Shown: positions 36,148 through 48,362 of the stretch, one piece after another | Layout of the letters: the number at the start of each line of letters is the position of its first letter | Position numbering within the stretch: the first letter of the stretch is position 1 | Origin: an uncultured Nitrososphaerales archaeon | Lineage (GTDB): Archaea > Thermoproteota > Nitrososphaeria > Nitrososphaerales > Nitrososphaeraceae | NCBI GenBank assembly: GCA_963713605.1 | Contig: CAVQMO010000005.1 | Coordinates: 160,001-224,000, forward strand | Direction: 5' to 3' | Length of the DNA: 64,000 nt | Translations under genes and position numbers: made by a program | Notes under the pieces: generated by a model | Seen by the model: the letters and a program-made list of their open reading frames with translations, nothing else | Database searches by the model: none | Told to the model about the DNA's origin: nothing

Positions 36148-36912
36148 CACATTAGCATTAGTTACCTTACTAAGCAAGTCTTACAGACTTAAAACCAGAG
36201 CAAATAAAGTTAGGTGAACTAGTAATTACTGTGTGTTATTAGTTCTTGGGGTTTTAAATTAAAGAATGGGCTATCGCTCGCGTTAACGGCTATTGTTAAC
36301 TGTTAACAAGTGGTGCTAGCAGAATTGCTATCGAGTTGTTAACGTTAACAGATTTATGAGTCGTTCAATTAGATTTCACGCTCAAGCTTGTTAATGTTCA
36401 AAATGACTGTTCAGTAATGATTCTATCACCAACCGATTTACATTATGTACCTATTTGCAAAAGTGTTCAAGACGTTCAACAAGGTGTTCAATATTATATA
36501 GTAGAAGATTGTTAAATAAATATCTTAGATTGTATATCTGAAACCAAGCCCAAGACTATAGCGGGGTAGCGACAGAAATTCAGTTAGGTTAAGTCCAATG
36601 TGACTATTTCTGATGTTAGATTATTATACGAGCAGCCTATCGTTTTATTGCTAAACGAAACGTACTCAGATGTCAAAAGTCATTTCACAAAATCCTAACG
36701 GCATTCCAAATTAACAAAAGAAAAAGAAACGATAAATTAGGAATGAAGGCATTAGAGTTGATAGACTCACCATTGTTCGCGCTTGTTTCAAATGATGCCA
36801 GATAAACGTGACCGAATTCCAACCGAACCAAATCAATATTACTGGAATACTTATCAGATAAATCTGAAACAACTGACAATAACCTTGATAGCTCAAATTC
36901 CTTAGTAATTAT

Positions 36913-37294
36913 ATGTTCAAGTCCAAATATGTGAAATATGTCGCCTTGTCAGTCTTTGTTGGGAGTGTTTGTGACAATGTTTGGTACCATCGGAGATTTT
37001 CAGAACCATGCACTAGCACAGATAACGCCCGCGCCAGAGAAGACTGGTGGTAGTAGTAGCAGTGACCAGCCCTCCTCGAATAACCCATCGAGTGATGGCG
37101 ACGAAGGGGGCGGTGGCAGTAACACGGACTCTTCAGAATCGTCAAGTTCAAGTGATGATAGTGAAAGTCAGGATATATCTGAGGAAGAAGGCACTGGTTC
37201 GGATTCTGGCGAGAGCAACCCATTAATGGAGCAAATAATTAATAAGGTAAAACAGGATTTCGCTGCAGCAGGCCTGCCCTCTCTTGACTGGTGA
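36913..37294 (+). CDS. Small secreted S/G/D-rich protein (joined across indel ~36952)
   Basis: MFKSKYVKYVALSALLG..ALA-Q after restoring AGCT; C-terminal amphipathic helix. Confidence 0.7.
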
Positions 37295-37541
37295 AATACG
37301 AATCTTTTTTCGTCAAATCCTGAACATTAATACTACAGTCGAGGCCAAGTTATATAGTTGTCCAGTATTAAGCTGGTCTCATATTCCTATCAAGAAGCTT
37401 AGGTATACATATTCAGGAATTGAATATAACCATCACTGCCGTTGAGAACAACTTAAACGGATAACCCCGATGTCCACCCGCTCGCCCTTATCCCAGAAAA
37501 TATGTCAAACTCAATTCGTGGATGACTATCGTTGGGAAATG

Positions 37542-37896
37542 TTATGGAAACGGAACACCCCCACCTGCTGTAGATGGGATTTTTGATTCAATGTCGCCAC
37601 TTTTCGTATCCTCTTTCTGATCTCCACTGTTATCGTTGTCATTATTACCGTCATTGTTATCTTTTTCATCGCTGTCATGCGTAGCAATAGAATCATCGGA
37701 TGAGGGTGAGGACGAAGTTGGGGAAGAACAGTCTACTAGAGAAACGACAACCCCATCACAGGATGAGGATCTTTGAGCATAAACCTGATGCGATATTGCT
37801 AAACTGGCCTATCCCTGCGGGAATAATCATCAGTAACATTATGAATATGAATAGGGATGATAAACTGACCTTGCCCTCGAAGTGTAAATTGTGCAA
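37542..37896 (-). CDS. Small secreted acidic protein ending GVPFP (absent from the ORF track; one indel ~37800)
   Basis: Manual translation: hydrophobic leader, VYA-QRSSSCDGVVVSLVDC, D/N-rich tract, TAGGGVPFP-stop. Confidence 0.7.
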
Positions 37897-38569
37897 ATGG
37901 ACCTTACAAACTTCTTTTCATGACCATTGTTATTTGATTTTAGTAACATATCTACGTTAACATTATAATATAATATAATTCTCCTCGTGCAATTCGAATT
38001 TGAGAGGCTAGACAATCTAGGGACCGTTTTTTTTGCAAAAATAAATTTTATGCTGTCATTTCATGTGGTTCATGGCCAATTTACTTTCTTACTGCAGACT
38101 TTGGCAAAGCCTTTTCCTTTTCAACCTCAGTTATTCGTTTTAGCTACAACATCAGCCATGAGGACGAACACAATCATTTTTTGGAAGCGCGTTCGGGTTA
38201 GCATCTCCTTAACTACTAACTAACTAACTGAGAACCATACCGTCTAGAGAAGATATTATGTTAAACGAAGATGTCACCTTGTGTGCCACTCACTTGTGGA
38301 CACTGTTCAGTCTTAATGACACGCATAGTTGGACAGGTGTTAGTTGATTTACAGCCATTACCACTTTAAGGATGCGATAAAGATCGAAATGGGAATTTAC
38401 TCGTTTTCGAGCCATTATCCAACGCGCAGAATTACAACTCGCAATAATAATACATCAGAATTAATTTCCAAGCCCTCCCGGATGGAATATAAATTGCAGA
38501 AAACCTGATTTTGAAGCAGCAGACAGGATTAATTACATTCTTATATGGTACTCATATCACGAAGGATGT

Positions 38570-38857
38570 ATGGAGAACAAATCAAGACTTGCGGTTGAAA
38601 CTTTCTCGGCCAGTATTGATCATTCTGCTCAAAGCCTTGCAGATGAGAGTGATTTTAGAAATAGATACATGAATGAATTGAGGAAAAAGAGACAACATGG
38701 CTTTAACAACTATTTTGGGATTGACGAACTAGTGGAGGAAAGACGGCAGGTGAATCAACAACAAATGAAGACTCCAGGTCGCCGAGGAGAGATAATAAAG
38801 CATGAAGAAATTGACAAGGAAATATTAAGACGATTAAAAAACGAAACACAAATCTAG
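38570..38857 (+). CDS. Hypothetical charged protein
   Basis: ATG frame preceded by a TATA-like ttatat. Confidence 0.6.
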   Translation: MENKSRLAVETFSASIDHSAQSLADESDFRNRYMNELRKKRQHGFNNYFGIDELVEERRQVNQQQMKTPGRRGEIIKHEEIDKEILRRLKNETQI

Positions 38858-39495
38858 TCTGAGACCTTTCAATGTTTTTTGAAGACTGCGATTTAAGGGT
38901 ATTAAATCTCTCTCAAGGTATTTGCAAATAATGTTTTGGTAGAACACGCTATAATTATTATGTATCTTATGGTCTTATTTTTGTCACAATTTTCAAAATA
39001 TTATTAAGTTGTGGATCACGTTCTGCTTCATCGGTCATGCGTCGTCTTGAGTTTTTTTCATGCTCATGGTTTCTTTTTTCATTTTATGCAACGGTCGACG
39101 AAGCTTAAAGAAACATGACTCTGATCTTCGGAAAGTAAGGGAACCTAGGCTGCATTAATGTAATCTAACTGATCTTAGGCTAGCTTAGGAAGAAAAAATA
39201 GACCCAATACTTGCAAAGTCCAAAATGAATGAATTATCGTAATTCGGAATATTGATGCTATTACCTATTTCCCCCAGCCTAAAGTCATTGGATACTGACA
39301 CAGAAGACTAATAACAGACTATCCAGGAATGATATTTCGTTTTTTGGTTCCATTCATTTGCCGACACATTACTTGATAATGTGACTACTCCTAAGAAAAG
39401 TCTATTCGATCTTGATCGCCGGCGGCAATTTGCCTGAGGCAATTACTATCCGCGCTTTAATTAAGACCCTTACTGGTGAAGGTCAATAATGAATA

Positions 39496-40066
39496 TCAGT
39501 ACCGGAGTACCTTTAGCTCTCTGTTTTTTTAGAGCCTCAATATACCACTCAAATTCCTCAACAAATTTCAAAAATCTATGTTCGAACGATGCATCCAAAA
39601 GTTTGCCCCCTTTGGCAAAAACGGTATGGACTCTAGGAATTGGCAGGGAGGAGGGTATCGTAGGTGCTCCTAACTCCGCAAATATGTTTCTAAGGTGTTG
39701 AGTAGCATTTATACCACCAAATGCTCCCGGTGAATAAGAAACTATCGCAGAAGGCTTGAAATAATACTCTTCAAGAAAGTAATCCAGTGTATTTTTCATC
39801 GCAGCAGAAATACTGTGATTATATTCGGGGGTAACAGCAAGATAGCCGTCTGCTTCTACGATCTTATCTCGAAGTTCTGTGAGTTTCTTGGAAGGCGGAT
39901 TCATCTCTTTGTACATACGATCAAGCAAAGGCAAGTCCAAAATTAGCGGATCGATTAGATATACGATATGGTCTCTCGTCTTAACCTTTTGCTCAAGCCA
40001 CATCCCAACGTTAATCCCTTGACGATCTCGTCTAACAGACCCTAAAATCAACGCAATTGTTGCCAT
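39496..40066 (-). CDS. NAD(P)H-dependent FMN reductase
   Basis: GSVRRDR, TPEYNHS..KNTLD, YSPGAFGG. Ends GTPY-stop after removing one G at ~39502. Confidence 0.9.
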
Positions 40067-40111
40067 TCGAATTATCTAACTTTTCACCTAATATCAGTGA
40101 ATATAATGCTT

Positions 40112-40231
40112 TCATATCACAACTATAGGAAAATGCAAAGGAACATACAAAACCTTTGTGACATGATACTGTCATATCACAACTATAGGAAAAATGCAAA
40201 GGACATACAGAAACCTTTGTGACATGATACT
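40112..40231. repeat. Two ~60-bp tandem units, each bounded by an 11-bp inverted repeat
   Basis: tcatatcacaactataggaaaa...cctttgtgacatgatactg occurs twice. Confidence 0.9.
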
Positions 40232-40404
40232 GCATCTACCAATGAACCCGTTCATGTTAAATTGTAGTTTTATTGCACTAGCAAAGCAATTCAGGGATTA
40301 TGGTAGAGTGCGATGGCTAAGGATCTCTTCAATACAGCTAAAGATATGATGTCAAATTAACCAATTCTCAATACATGTACAACATGTACAATGATATCGA
40401 TAAT

Positions 40405-42162
40405 TCATTTACGTTTCACAAGCACAGCGTTGTCAGTGTCGATGCTTTGCCAAATAACGTCGTAGCCAAGCATTGAGATTAGTTCGGCGTGACAAACTTC
40501 AGGGATAGAATTATCAGATAGGATACGACACGCCTCAGTAAACTTCTTAGTACCATTTAAGAGCTCGGCTAACGCATTTACCTTTGACTTGGACACAAAC
40601 CACGAATCTATTATTAGATAGTCTGCGTTATTGTCTCTGGTCGCAAGTGCCGTAGCAATTTCAATAGGCACTTTATATGCCTCGGAAATCTCTTCAATAG
40701 AAATAACATCTTTTGTACCGTCAAACCGTATCCTTAGGTCTGATTCCAACATCTTTGATTGAATTTGCTGCCTGTCAATCGATTTCAAATACTCCTGTAA
40801 CTTCTTAACGGAAACTGACGTTTTCCTAAAAAATATGATCCTGTTATTAGATTGGTCATGAAAGGATGGACTGAAGAGCTTAGAGCATGAGAGCTCTTCG
40901 TCCACCGCAACAAAAAGATCGACGTTACTGTTATGGAGAATATCATTAACTTTTTGGAATTTTTTTTCCAGGTACTCTTTTGTCCAAAATCCTACTATCT
41001 CTAGATAGACCTTTCGACCATACTTCTCAAATAAGAAATCAGGAATAAACGCAATTCCATTTCCGACAATTAGGGGATCAGGCTCTCTCTTAATTTTCCA
41101 TCTATTGGCAAGATGTTCGAACCTACTTGCAAATTTTTCTTCGAGGGAGCTATCAAAATAGGAAGAAGTTAGTCGAGTATTGACACTATTATTCCGGTGA
41201 TTGGGAGATGGTTCCCTCAATTTGAGTTGCTGAAACTCTGTAGATGAAGCTCTAAATTCATATATCTTCTTGCCAGACACTGTCTTTCTAACTATAAATG
41301 CTCTCAAGTACCAGTAAGACGAAGAAATGATGAACGGAACAAGTTTTGCTATAGAAGTTCCATATCTGTCGGTCAACTTGAATAGGCTGACCGGCCCATC
41401 AATTGAACACACCAACTTGCTGTCATTGTCACTGTTATTTTTCATTGTGGAATGTATCAAGTGCTCTCTACTCTTTCCGACATAACCATTTTCGGCGTCA
41501 TAGCTCTCACCCGCAGTTCCCTGCTCCTTCAAATTGTACATTAGACCGAGGCGTTTTACTTTTCTAATGATATTCTTCCAGTTTGCCCCTCCCCTTACGC
41601 TGAACTCTAGCCTGGTACACGTGAAAAGCAACGTCTGCAATAGGGACAGATCATACCATCCTAGTAGTTCCTCAGAACCGACAGAATCGAACAACTCTAG
41701 GATCGTATTTTCATCAAGGTCACTCCATATTGATTGTATTATGGAAGTCGGTGAAACCTTGGTCTTCGATGCGATTGCACTTATTATCTCCTCACGGCGA
41801 GATTCTGTAAGCGCATGACCACGTCTTGACGATTCCTCCCACAAGAGCCTCCGAATGTCGACAGGACTTGCTAGATTCTCACAATTATCGTCCCGTTGAC
41901 CTATGCTTGTGCTAAACTGACATCTCCTCTCAAGTAGGGTTGAAAGTCCTCTAACAAGCTTATAGTCCTCGAAATTCCTTTCTACGAGTGAAATCCTTTC
42001 GTATAGAGTCTTTTTGTTTTCCTTCTTTGCAGCCGATTCTTCGAATTCATTGATGATTAGTTTGGCAAGTTCTAGATGTCTAGACTTATTCTCTGCGCCA
42101 CTTAAGAGGGGAATTATCTCTCCCTTTCTTGTTCTAACTCTAAGTAATTGACTCGGCAGCAT
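40405..42162 (-). CDS. DUF790 family (Bax1-like) predicted endonuclease
   Basis: MLPSQLL, DGPVSLF..RYG, FDSSLE..F, REP, IPDF, EIVGFWT.EYL. Confidence 0.88.
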   Translation of the reverse strand: MLPSQLLRVRTRKGEIIPLLSGAENKSRHLELAKLIINEFEESAAKKENKKTLYERISLVERNFEDYKLVRGLSTLLERRCQFSTSIGQRDDNCENLASPVDIRRLLWEESSRRGHALTESRREEIISAIASKTKVSPTSIIQSIWSDLDENTILELFDSVGSEELLGWYDLSLLQTLLFTCTRLEFSVRGGANWKNIIRKVKRLGLMYNLKEQGTAGESYDAENGYVGKSREHLIHSTMKNNSDNDSKLVCSIDGPVSLFKLTDRYGTSIAKLVPFIISSSYWYLRAFIVRKTVSGKKIYEFRASSTEFQQLKLREPSPNHRNNSVNTRLTSSYFDSSLEEKFASRFEHLANRWKIKREPDPLIVGNGIAFIPDFLFEKYGRKVYLEIVGFWTKEYLEKKFQKVNDILHNSNVDLFVAVDEELSCSKLFSPSFHDQSNNRIIFFRKTSVSVKKLQEYLKSIDRQQIQSKMLESDLRIRFDGTKDVISIEEISEAYKVPIEIATALATRDNNADYLIIDSWFVSKSKVNALAELLNGTKKFTEACRILSDNSIPEVCHAELISMLGYDVIWQSIDTDNAVLVKRK

Positions 42163-42616
42163 TTCTTAATTGAACAAGCTCATCTTTGTCAATCCTAATT
42201 TCGTGCAAATCTAGACGCATCAAAATACTCGTCAACACCAATTTATGAATATTTCCTCACGCTTAGAACTGACGCACGAATGTTGGATATAGTAATGGTT
42301 CTACTGCTCCTTGTTTTCATTCTGTCCTTTCTCCAGGTTCGAAGACTTTAACATCTCACCTAAGTACTATGATTTAACTAAAAAATTTTGATATTATATG
42401 ACAGGAATATTTTATTCACCATAACATATTGATGATATCTGACTATTATTAATTTTAGCTTTTTCTGCCAGAATATTGAGAAAATCAGTCGTAAAAGTGC
42501 ATCAATAGAAATGAGCTAGTGTGTGTGTTCGTCCACCAGGTTAATGTAAAAATTTACCGAATCGATCTATCGCATAATCGGAAAAAAGGTTTGGAGGGTT
42601 TACTATTGTAGTCCCA

Positions 42617-43440
42617 TTACCTTCCTATACACAGACCACTTGGATTACTTGTCTGACAGACTGTTGTCCACATATTGATTTGCGTTGATGTTTGTTGGTA
42701 GTCCATTTGCATTGTTAAGGTCAATTACATTCTCAAGTACGTTATTTGCTGATATTGTATTCTGTTTGCTCTGTCCATCTAGAAATACTCCATTCTGACT
42801 TCCAACTACATTGTTCATTCCTACACTGGACTGTTGTGTGTTGACAAATGTTATTCCTGCTAGCAAGTTGCCATTCATAAGGTTTGAGTCTATAGCACCA
42901 CCTGTACTTGAGTGAGATGCTACACCTATACTATTACCCTGTATGATGTTTTGTTTTACTTGTGCATTTTCAGCTCCTGTCATAAATGTACCTATCTGGT
43001 TGTTAGATAGTATGACAGAATTAATCGTAAATCCATTTGCTCCAGTAAGAAGTACTCCTGCTTGGAAGTTGCTGAGTGAACCAGGTCCATTTACTACTAC
43101 ATTATCAACATTTGGTACCATAATCCCAACTTTAGAGTCTGTCCTGTCCAGGTCCTGTGATTGAGAATCCATTCATGTTAATTACTGTGTTTGGACCACC
43201 TACTATGATACCATCTCCACTATTGCAGTTAAGATTTGCAGTTAGATTTACTACTCCGCTTACCACTTGTCCACATGCTGCGTTTGTTGATGCTCCTGGA
43301 GGAGTCCCACCACCTTGTTGTGCAGTCGCGGTTGGAATGCTTACCGCAATGATGCTTAAGGTCAGGAGGGCAATCATTCCTGATGCCACAATCATTGACG
43401 AGATACTACAACCTCCATTATTCGTTCTACTTTTCTCCAT
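42617..43440 (-). CDS. Secreted right-handed beta-helix (NosD/pectin-lyase-like) protein, copy 1 (two indels)
   Basis: ACGQVV..LTANLNC, N-x-I-x-x-N-x-x-G repeats, C-terminal C..GLC; near-identical to 52707..53522. Confidence 0.82.
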
Positions 43441-44102
43441 TCCTAATCGAAGAATGATGTAGTATTAGTATTATTTATGTGGATATATGAACTGTACCCA
43501 AAGTAAGATTAATTCATTTTGATCATAGATTATGCCTCTAGCCATTTTTCGTAAGAAATTCTAGGTACATTAAACAATTCTATAAGGGTGTTCGACTAGA
43601 GCCTCTGTCGTAAGGGCAGTTCCACATTTTTCATGTAAGGAAGAACGAATCAAACCATTACCTTATTTATTACGGCGATACGAAAGTGAAATAATATTGA
43701 TTCTCGGGAGAAGTTAACACTATCAAGGTTCTAAAGATATTAGTCTCAGGGACAACGGGCCTTAAACTAGATGTCGATGCTACTAGTCATCTCGAAGAAG
43801 TTAAAGATGCTATTTAATGTCAAAACCTTTGCAAGGCCTATTAAGAAAAGCTTCAAGTTGCTAATCCTCTAAATGATTCTAGAGATTTGGTATTAACCTC
43901 TGGTAAAACTCACAGAACAAGCTCTTTTGGGTGATATTGTTTTGCAGGCGAATCAACCTGGGGTATTGTTGAACTCTGTTGCAGTCATTTAATCTAGCAC
44001 AAAATACTTCAAGTAGACATGGGCTATAAAACTAACCGTCATGTCTTCGCTTTTCCCGCAGTTCACAAACATTTTATGGTACACTCACTATTTATTTAGC
44101 TA

Positions 44103-45163
44103 ATGCAAATTTCAAAAAACTGAAGCTCAGCATAATTTCCATCGGAGTGATAGTATTGATTGCAAGCGCATTATTACTGTTCTATACACAAGATTACATT
44201 ACGTTAAATTCAGAAACCACTCAAGAGAGCAGACCCATAAGAATAGCGTGCTCTGAGCCTTGGGTAGGTTACGTCCCAATAGTATTGGCCGTGGATAAAT
44301 TCTTCAAGGAAAATGACGTTACGGTGGAACTGATTCAACCTGAGAATCAAACTATAACAGAAGAGTTATTTCTTAATGGTTCAGTCGATGGGTTATGTAG
44401 CATATTTACAACGACCATCTTCCAGAATTCAGAAGGAGTAAATTCTAGAATAGTATGGGTGTTAGACTACTCGAGTACGGGTGATGTTATCCTTGGTTCG
44501 AAGAATATGACAGTAGAAGGTTTGAAGGGTAAAAAAATTGGGGTTGAAGGACTAAATACATATTCTCACATTTTTGTATTACAAACCTTGGCTAAAGCTG
44601 GATTATATGAAAAGGATGTCCAATTTGCAAATATCGCCACTCAGGAGATGGTAAAGGCGTTAGACACTAAACGAATTGACGCAGGTCATACGTATGGACC
44701 AGCAAAAATTGCTGGTATTCGGAGCGGGTATGATATTATAGCAACTGCCAAAGACGCACCTGCGATTATTGCAGACGTTCTCATTTTCAATTCCAAAGTA
44801 GTTGAAACAAGGCCAGAAGCTGTCGAAGCTGTGGTAAAGTCGATTAATCAAGGAAAGGAATACTTTGATCATAATAGGGAGAACGCATATGTGCTTCTTT
44901 CAGATTTTTTCAATATGACTACGGAGGAAGTGCAAGATGGGTTTGAGGGGATACAGGTTCTTGGGTTAGAAGATAATATTAAAGCTATGAACAGATCGAG
45001 CTCAAATGTAGGCAACTTTACAACAATGTATGAATCAGGTGATATTATAGCCAATTACTTACTAGAGAGAGGCCAAATACGACAAGTACCGGATTTCGAT
45101 GAGATGATTGATCCGAGATTCATTTATGCAATATCTAAAAACGAAAAAATCCGTGATGGTTAA
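44103..45163 (+). CDS. NMT1/SsuA-like substrate-binding protein
   Basis: PWVGY, LDYSSTGD, LKGKKIG, IDAGHTYGP, IADVL; N-terminal anchor (start approximate). Confidence 0.85.
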
Positions 45164-45170
45164 CTGATTT

Positions 45171-47062
45171 ATGCAGATTCGATCGAGACTCTTCATTATC
45201 ATGATATCTCTTGTTACGGCAGCTATTGTTGTTCCTTCTATTATAGCACTGAATACTTTCACAAGGAGTTTGGAAACGGAAATAACTGAAGAACTTAAGA
45301 TAAGCGCCCTTAACGCTATGGATAAATTGTCAAGACTCATGTTCGAGCGACTTGCAGACCTGAGATTTCTCACCTACTCAAGTAACACTATAGGTACTAA
45401 TCCGGACGATATAATCGCTTTAAGAGAAAAGGTGGAGTATCTAAGGCAAATAGAAAAATCAAATAAGGCATATGCCTCCATCTCAATATACAACGCAAGT
45501 GGAATTAAGATTGGTGATACGCGAAGTATCGACATTGGTGCTAACGATTCGGGCGAGCCTTATTATAGGAATGCCATTAATGGTGGTTACTATCACGATA
45601 GTGTTCCAACCTATTCTAGGAGTTTGGGCCAACACGTAATTCATTTCTCTGGGCCTCTTTACAACGCTAGTAACAAACAGATAGAAGGAGTCCTAGTACT
45701 AAAGTTTCCTCTCAACAAAATAAATGAGATTATGGTTGAGGCAGGCGGAACGATATCAAGTGATGCAAATATAGAACTAGTTTCTGATGACGGCCTTCTC
45801 ATCTATTCAAACAATGATCCAAACGCTGTTTTACAAGAAAAGGTAACAGGCCTGAAGATAATCGACAAACTTCAGAATTCGACCAATAGGGTAGAGTCTG
45901 AAATAGAAGCTGGTGATAATGGTGATGGTGAGGTTATGGATACTATCTACATCGGCAGCAATGAACCGGGATTCCTGGATTACACGGGAAACAACTGGTC
46001 ACTAATCCTTGGAGTAAGCACCGGAGATGCATTTAAGAGCGTTTCTTCGCTTAGAACCCAGTTTATTATTGTGGCAGTTATTATATTGTCCATTTCTTCT
46101 TGCCTAGTTTTCCTATTTGCAAGGAGCATTTCTAGACCGATAATAAAGCTGAGAGATGTTACGAATGATGTAAGTAAGGGCAACCTTGAGACCAAGGTGG
46201 ATATACAAAAAAGTGGCGGTGATGAACTAGTACAATTGTCATCAAGCCTCGAAAACATGCGAAAGACCATTTTAGCTGAGAACCGAAGAGGTCCTACGAG
46301 TAAATGAAGAGTCTCAAATTAAAAGATAGGTTGAAAGACGAATTCATCAATGTGGCTGCTCACGAATTGCGCACACCTATACAACCAATATTGGGACTAT
46401 GTGAAGTTCTTCGTTCAAAAATAAGAAAAGATAATACTGGGAGTCCCAAAAGCGACGAAGAAGATCTGTTAGATATTATAGTTAAGAATGCAAAGAGATT
46501 GCGTGGAGTTGCTCAGCAGATATTGGATGTAACTCGAATCGAGAGCAGGGCATTTGACTTGAATCTGGAAACTTTCGATCTCGTCGCGTTATTATCTAAT
46601 ATTGTGACAGATACTAGAGAGCGAATTAGTAAACTTGAACGAAATATAAGTATTACAATTGAGTTTGAAGGGAAATTTGCAAGCGACACTAGCACAATCC
46701 TTGTAAACGCTGATAAGGATAAAATTACTCAAGTAATTTCTAATTTATTAGGAAATTCTATTAAGTTCACGAAGAATGGAAGTATATCAGTCAAAGTCAA
46801 CACTTATGAGGAAGGCGATGAAGCGATAATACGCATTAAAGATACTGGTCAGGGTATCGATCCAAGTATAGTGCCTCATTTATTTACGAAGTTCAGCTCC
46901 AAATCCTTCGAGGGGATTGGATTAGGATTGTTTATTGCAAAAAACATTGTTCAAGCTCATGGAGGACGGATATGGGCTGAAAATAATCCTGATGGTAAGG
47001 GGGCAAAGTTTTTCTTTACCTTACGGATATCCACATCTCAGTCCTTAACAAGAAGCAACTAA
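45171..47062 (+). CDS. Membrane sensor histidine kinase (Cache-like, HAMP, HisKA, HATPase; joined across two indels ~46280-46311)
   Basis: Two TM helices, ISRPI..GNL..DEL, AHELRTP, NLLGNSIKF, DTGQG, GLGL. Confidence 0.9.
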
Positions 47063-47462
47063 CTTAACAGTGTACGAGGCAAAAATCTGTAAATCCTACC
47101 TAATTAGCATTGGTTTCAAATTCCCTATAATCCAATTAGTCACTATTTGCAAGAGGATCCTCAGCTTTCGGCGTGTTACTTTCATGATTTCTAAGGAGAT
47201 AGAGCTATTAAACGCTCAGATGATTCGTATCTCCTACAACTCGCATCAACAGTCTGATCCTCTGCACAATCCACGATAATATTTGATCCTACAAGAATCT
47301 TCCATCAAATCTACTCCACTAACACGTTCTTATGCTTACTTCAATCGTGATAGGTCTGATATTTTGTTCCTCGCAATTACATATAAGAGGTAATCTGAGG
47401 TAAGCTATTACCCCACCACCCCAGTGCCCTCAAGAAGTCCATATGTAAAACAAAATACCGTA

Positions 47463-48053
47463 CTATTGGATTTCTTTGAGTTTTTCATCAATATAACCCT
47501 TGAAGTCGGCGTGGTTGAAAATGGAGAAACACTTCACTTTATTCTTTACAGAATTGTAAGGAACCTCTCTATCTATAACAAGGACAACTCCAGCTGTTGA
47601 GTAACCTTCACTTCTTACTGCCTCTATTGCATGTATCACGCTATTGCCCTTAGTCATCACATCGTCCACGATCACAACAGGATCATTGAGATACCCTTCC
47701 ACTTTTTTTCCGCTTCCATGTGTCTTAGCTTCTCTTCTAACTATGAACTGCCTAATTCCTTCTGAACTGCTTCTACTAACACTACTTATTATAATTGCAG
47801 TTGATACCGGAATAGCGCCCATCTCTAACCCACCAACTGATTTTGCACTAAATTCTCTAGCAATGATGTCATATAACAATTCGCCGATCAGCATGGCTCC
47901 GACTGGATCAGCCAAAACCATTTTTAAGTCATAGTAATAATTACTCTTCTCGCCACTCGATAGAACTATCGGCTGACTAGATACAACTATCCCATTTCTT
48001 TTGATAATTTCCATCAGCTCTTTTTTTTTCAGTTGATTTTCAATAAGGTTCAA
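47463..48053 (-). CDS. pyrE: Orotate phosphoribosyltransferase-like protein
   Basis: LSSGEKSNYYYD, GGLEMGAIP, VRREAK.HG, IVDDVMTKG. Confidence 0.82.
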   Translation of the reverse strand: MNLIENQLKKKELMEIIKRNGIVVSSQPIVLSSGEKSNYYYDLKMVLADPVGAMLIGELLYDIIAREFSAKSVGGLEMGAIPVSTAIIISSVSRSSSEGIRQFIVRREAKTHGSGKKVEGYLNDPVVIVDDVMTKGNSVIHAIEAVRSEGYSTAGVVLVIDREVPYNSVKNKVKCFSIFNHADFKGYIDEKLKEIQ

Positions 48054-48362
48054 CCGATGGGTTCTCAGATAACGAACACGGACCTTTCTTTATAAGTGTA
48101 GTGGTTTGAAATTCATTCACCTTTTTTCGCAGCGAAATACAATTTTCAATAGAATTCTTTCTGGATTGGCCACGCTTAGCGAGATGTCAATCCTGTTTAT
48201 GAAGCATAAATCTGAAGCTCTTGGACCGAAAAATATTACCACAATCCTGAATCGAAGCATCTGATCTACTTAAATTACCCGAGACAGGCAGCCTAATGGA
48301 TTTTCTAGTGCAACGCAGCGGCTAGTTTAGTGGTCACAGAACTACAGTACTTTGAGCAAAAA

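Noticed and set aside
48316..48342. tRNA-like 5' segment (tagtttagtggtcacagaac)
   Set aside because: A D-arm-like pairing is present, but there is no anticodon stem, T-arm or matching acceptor strand.
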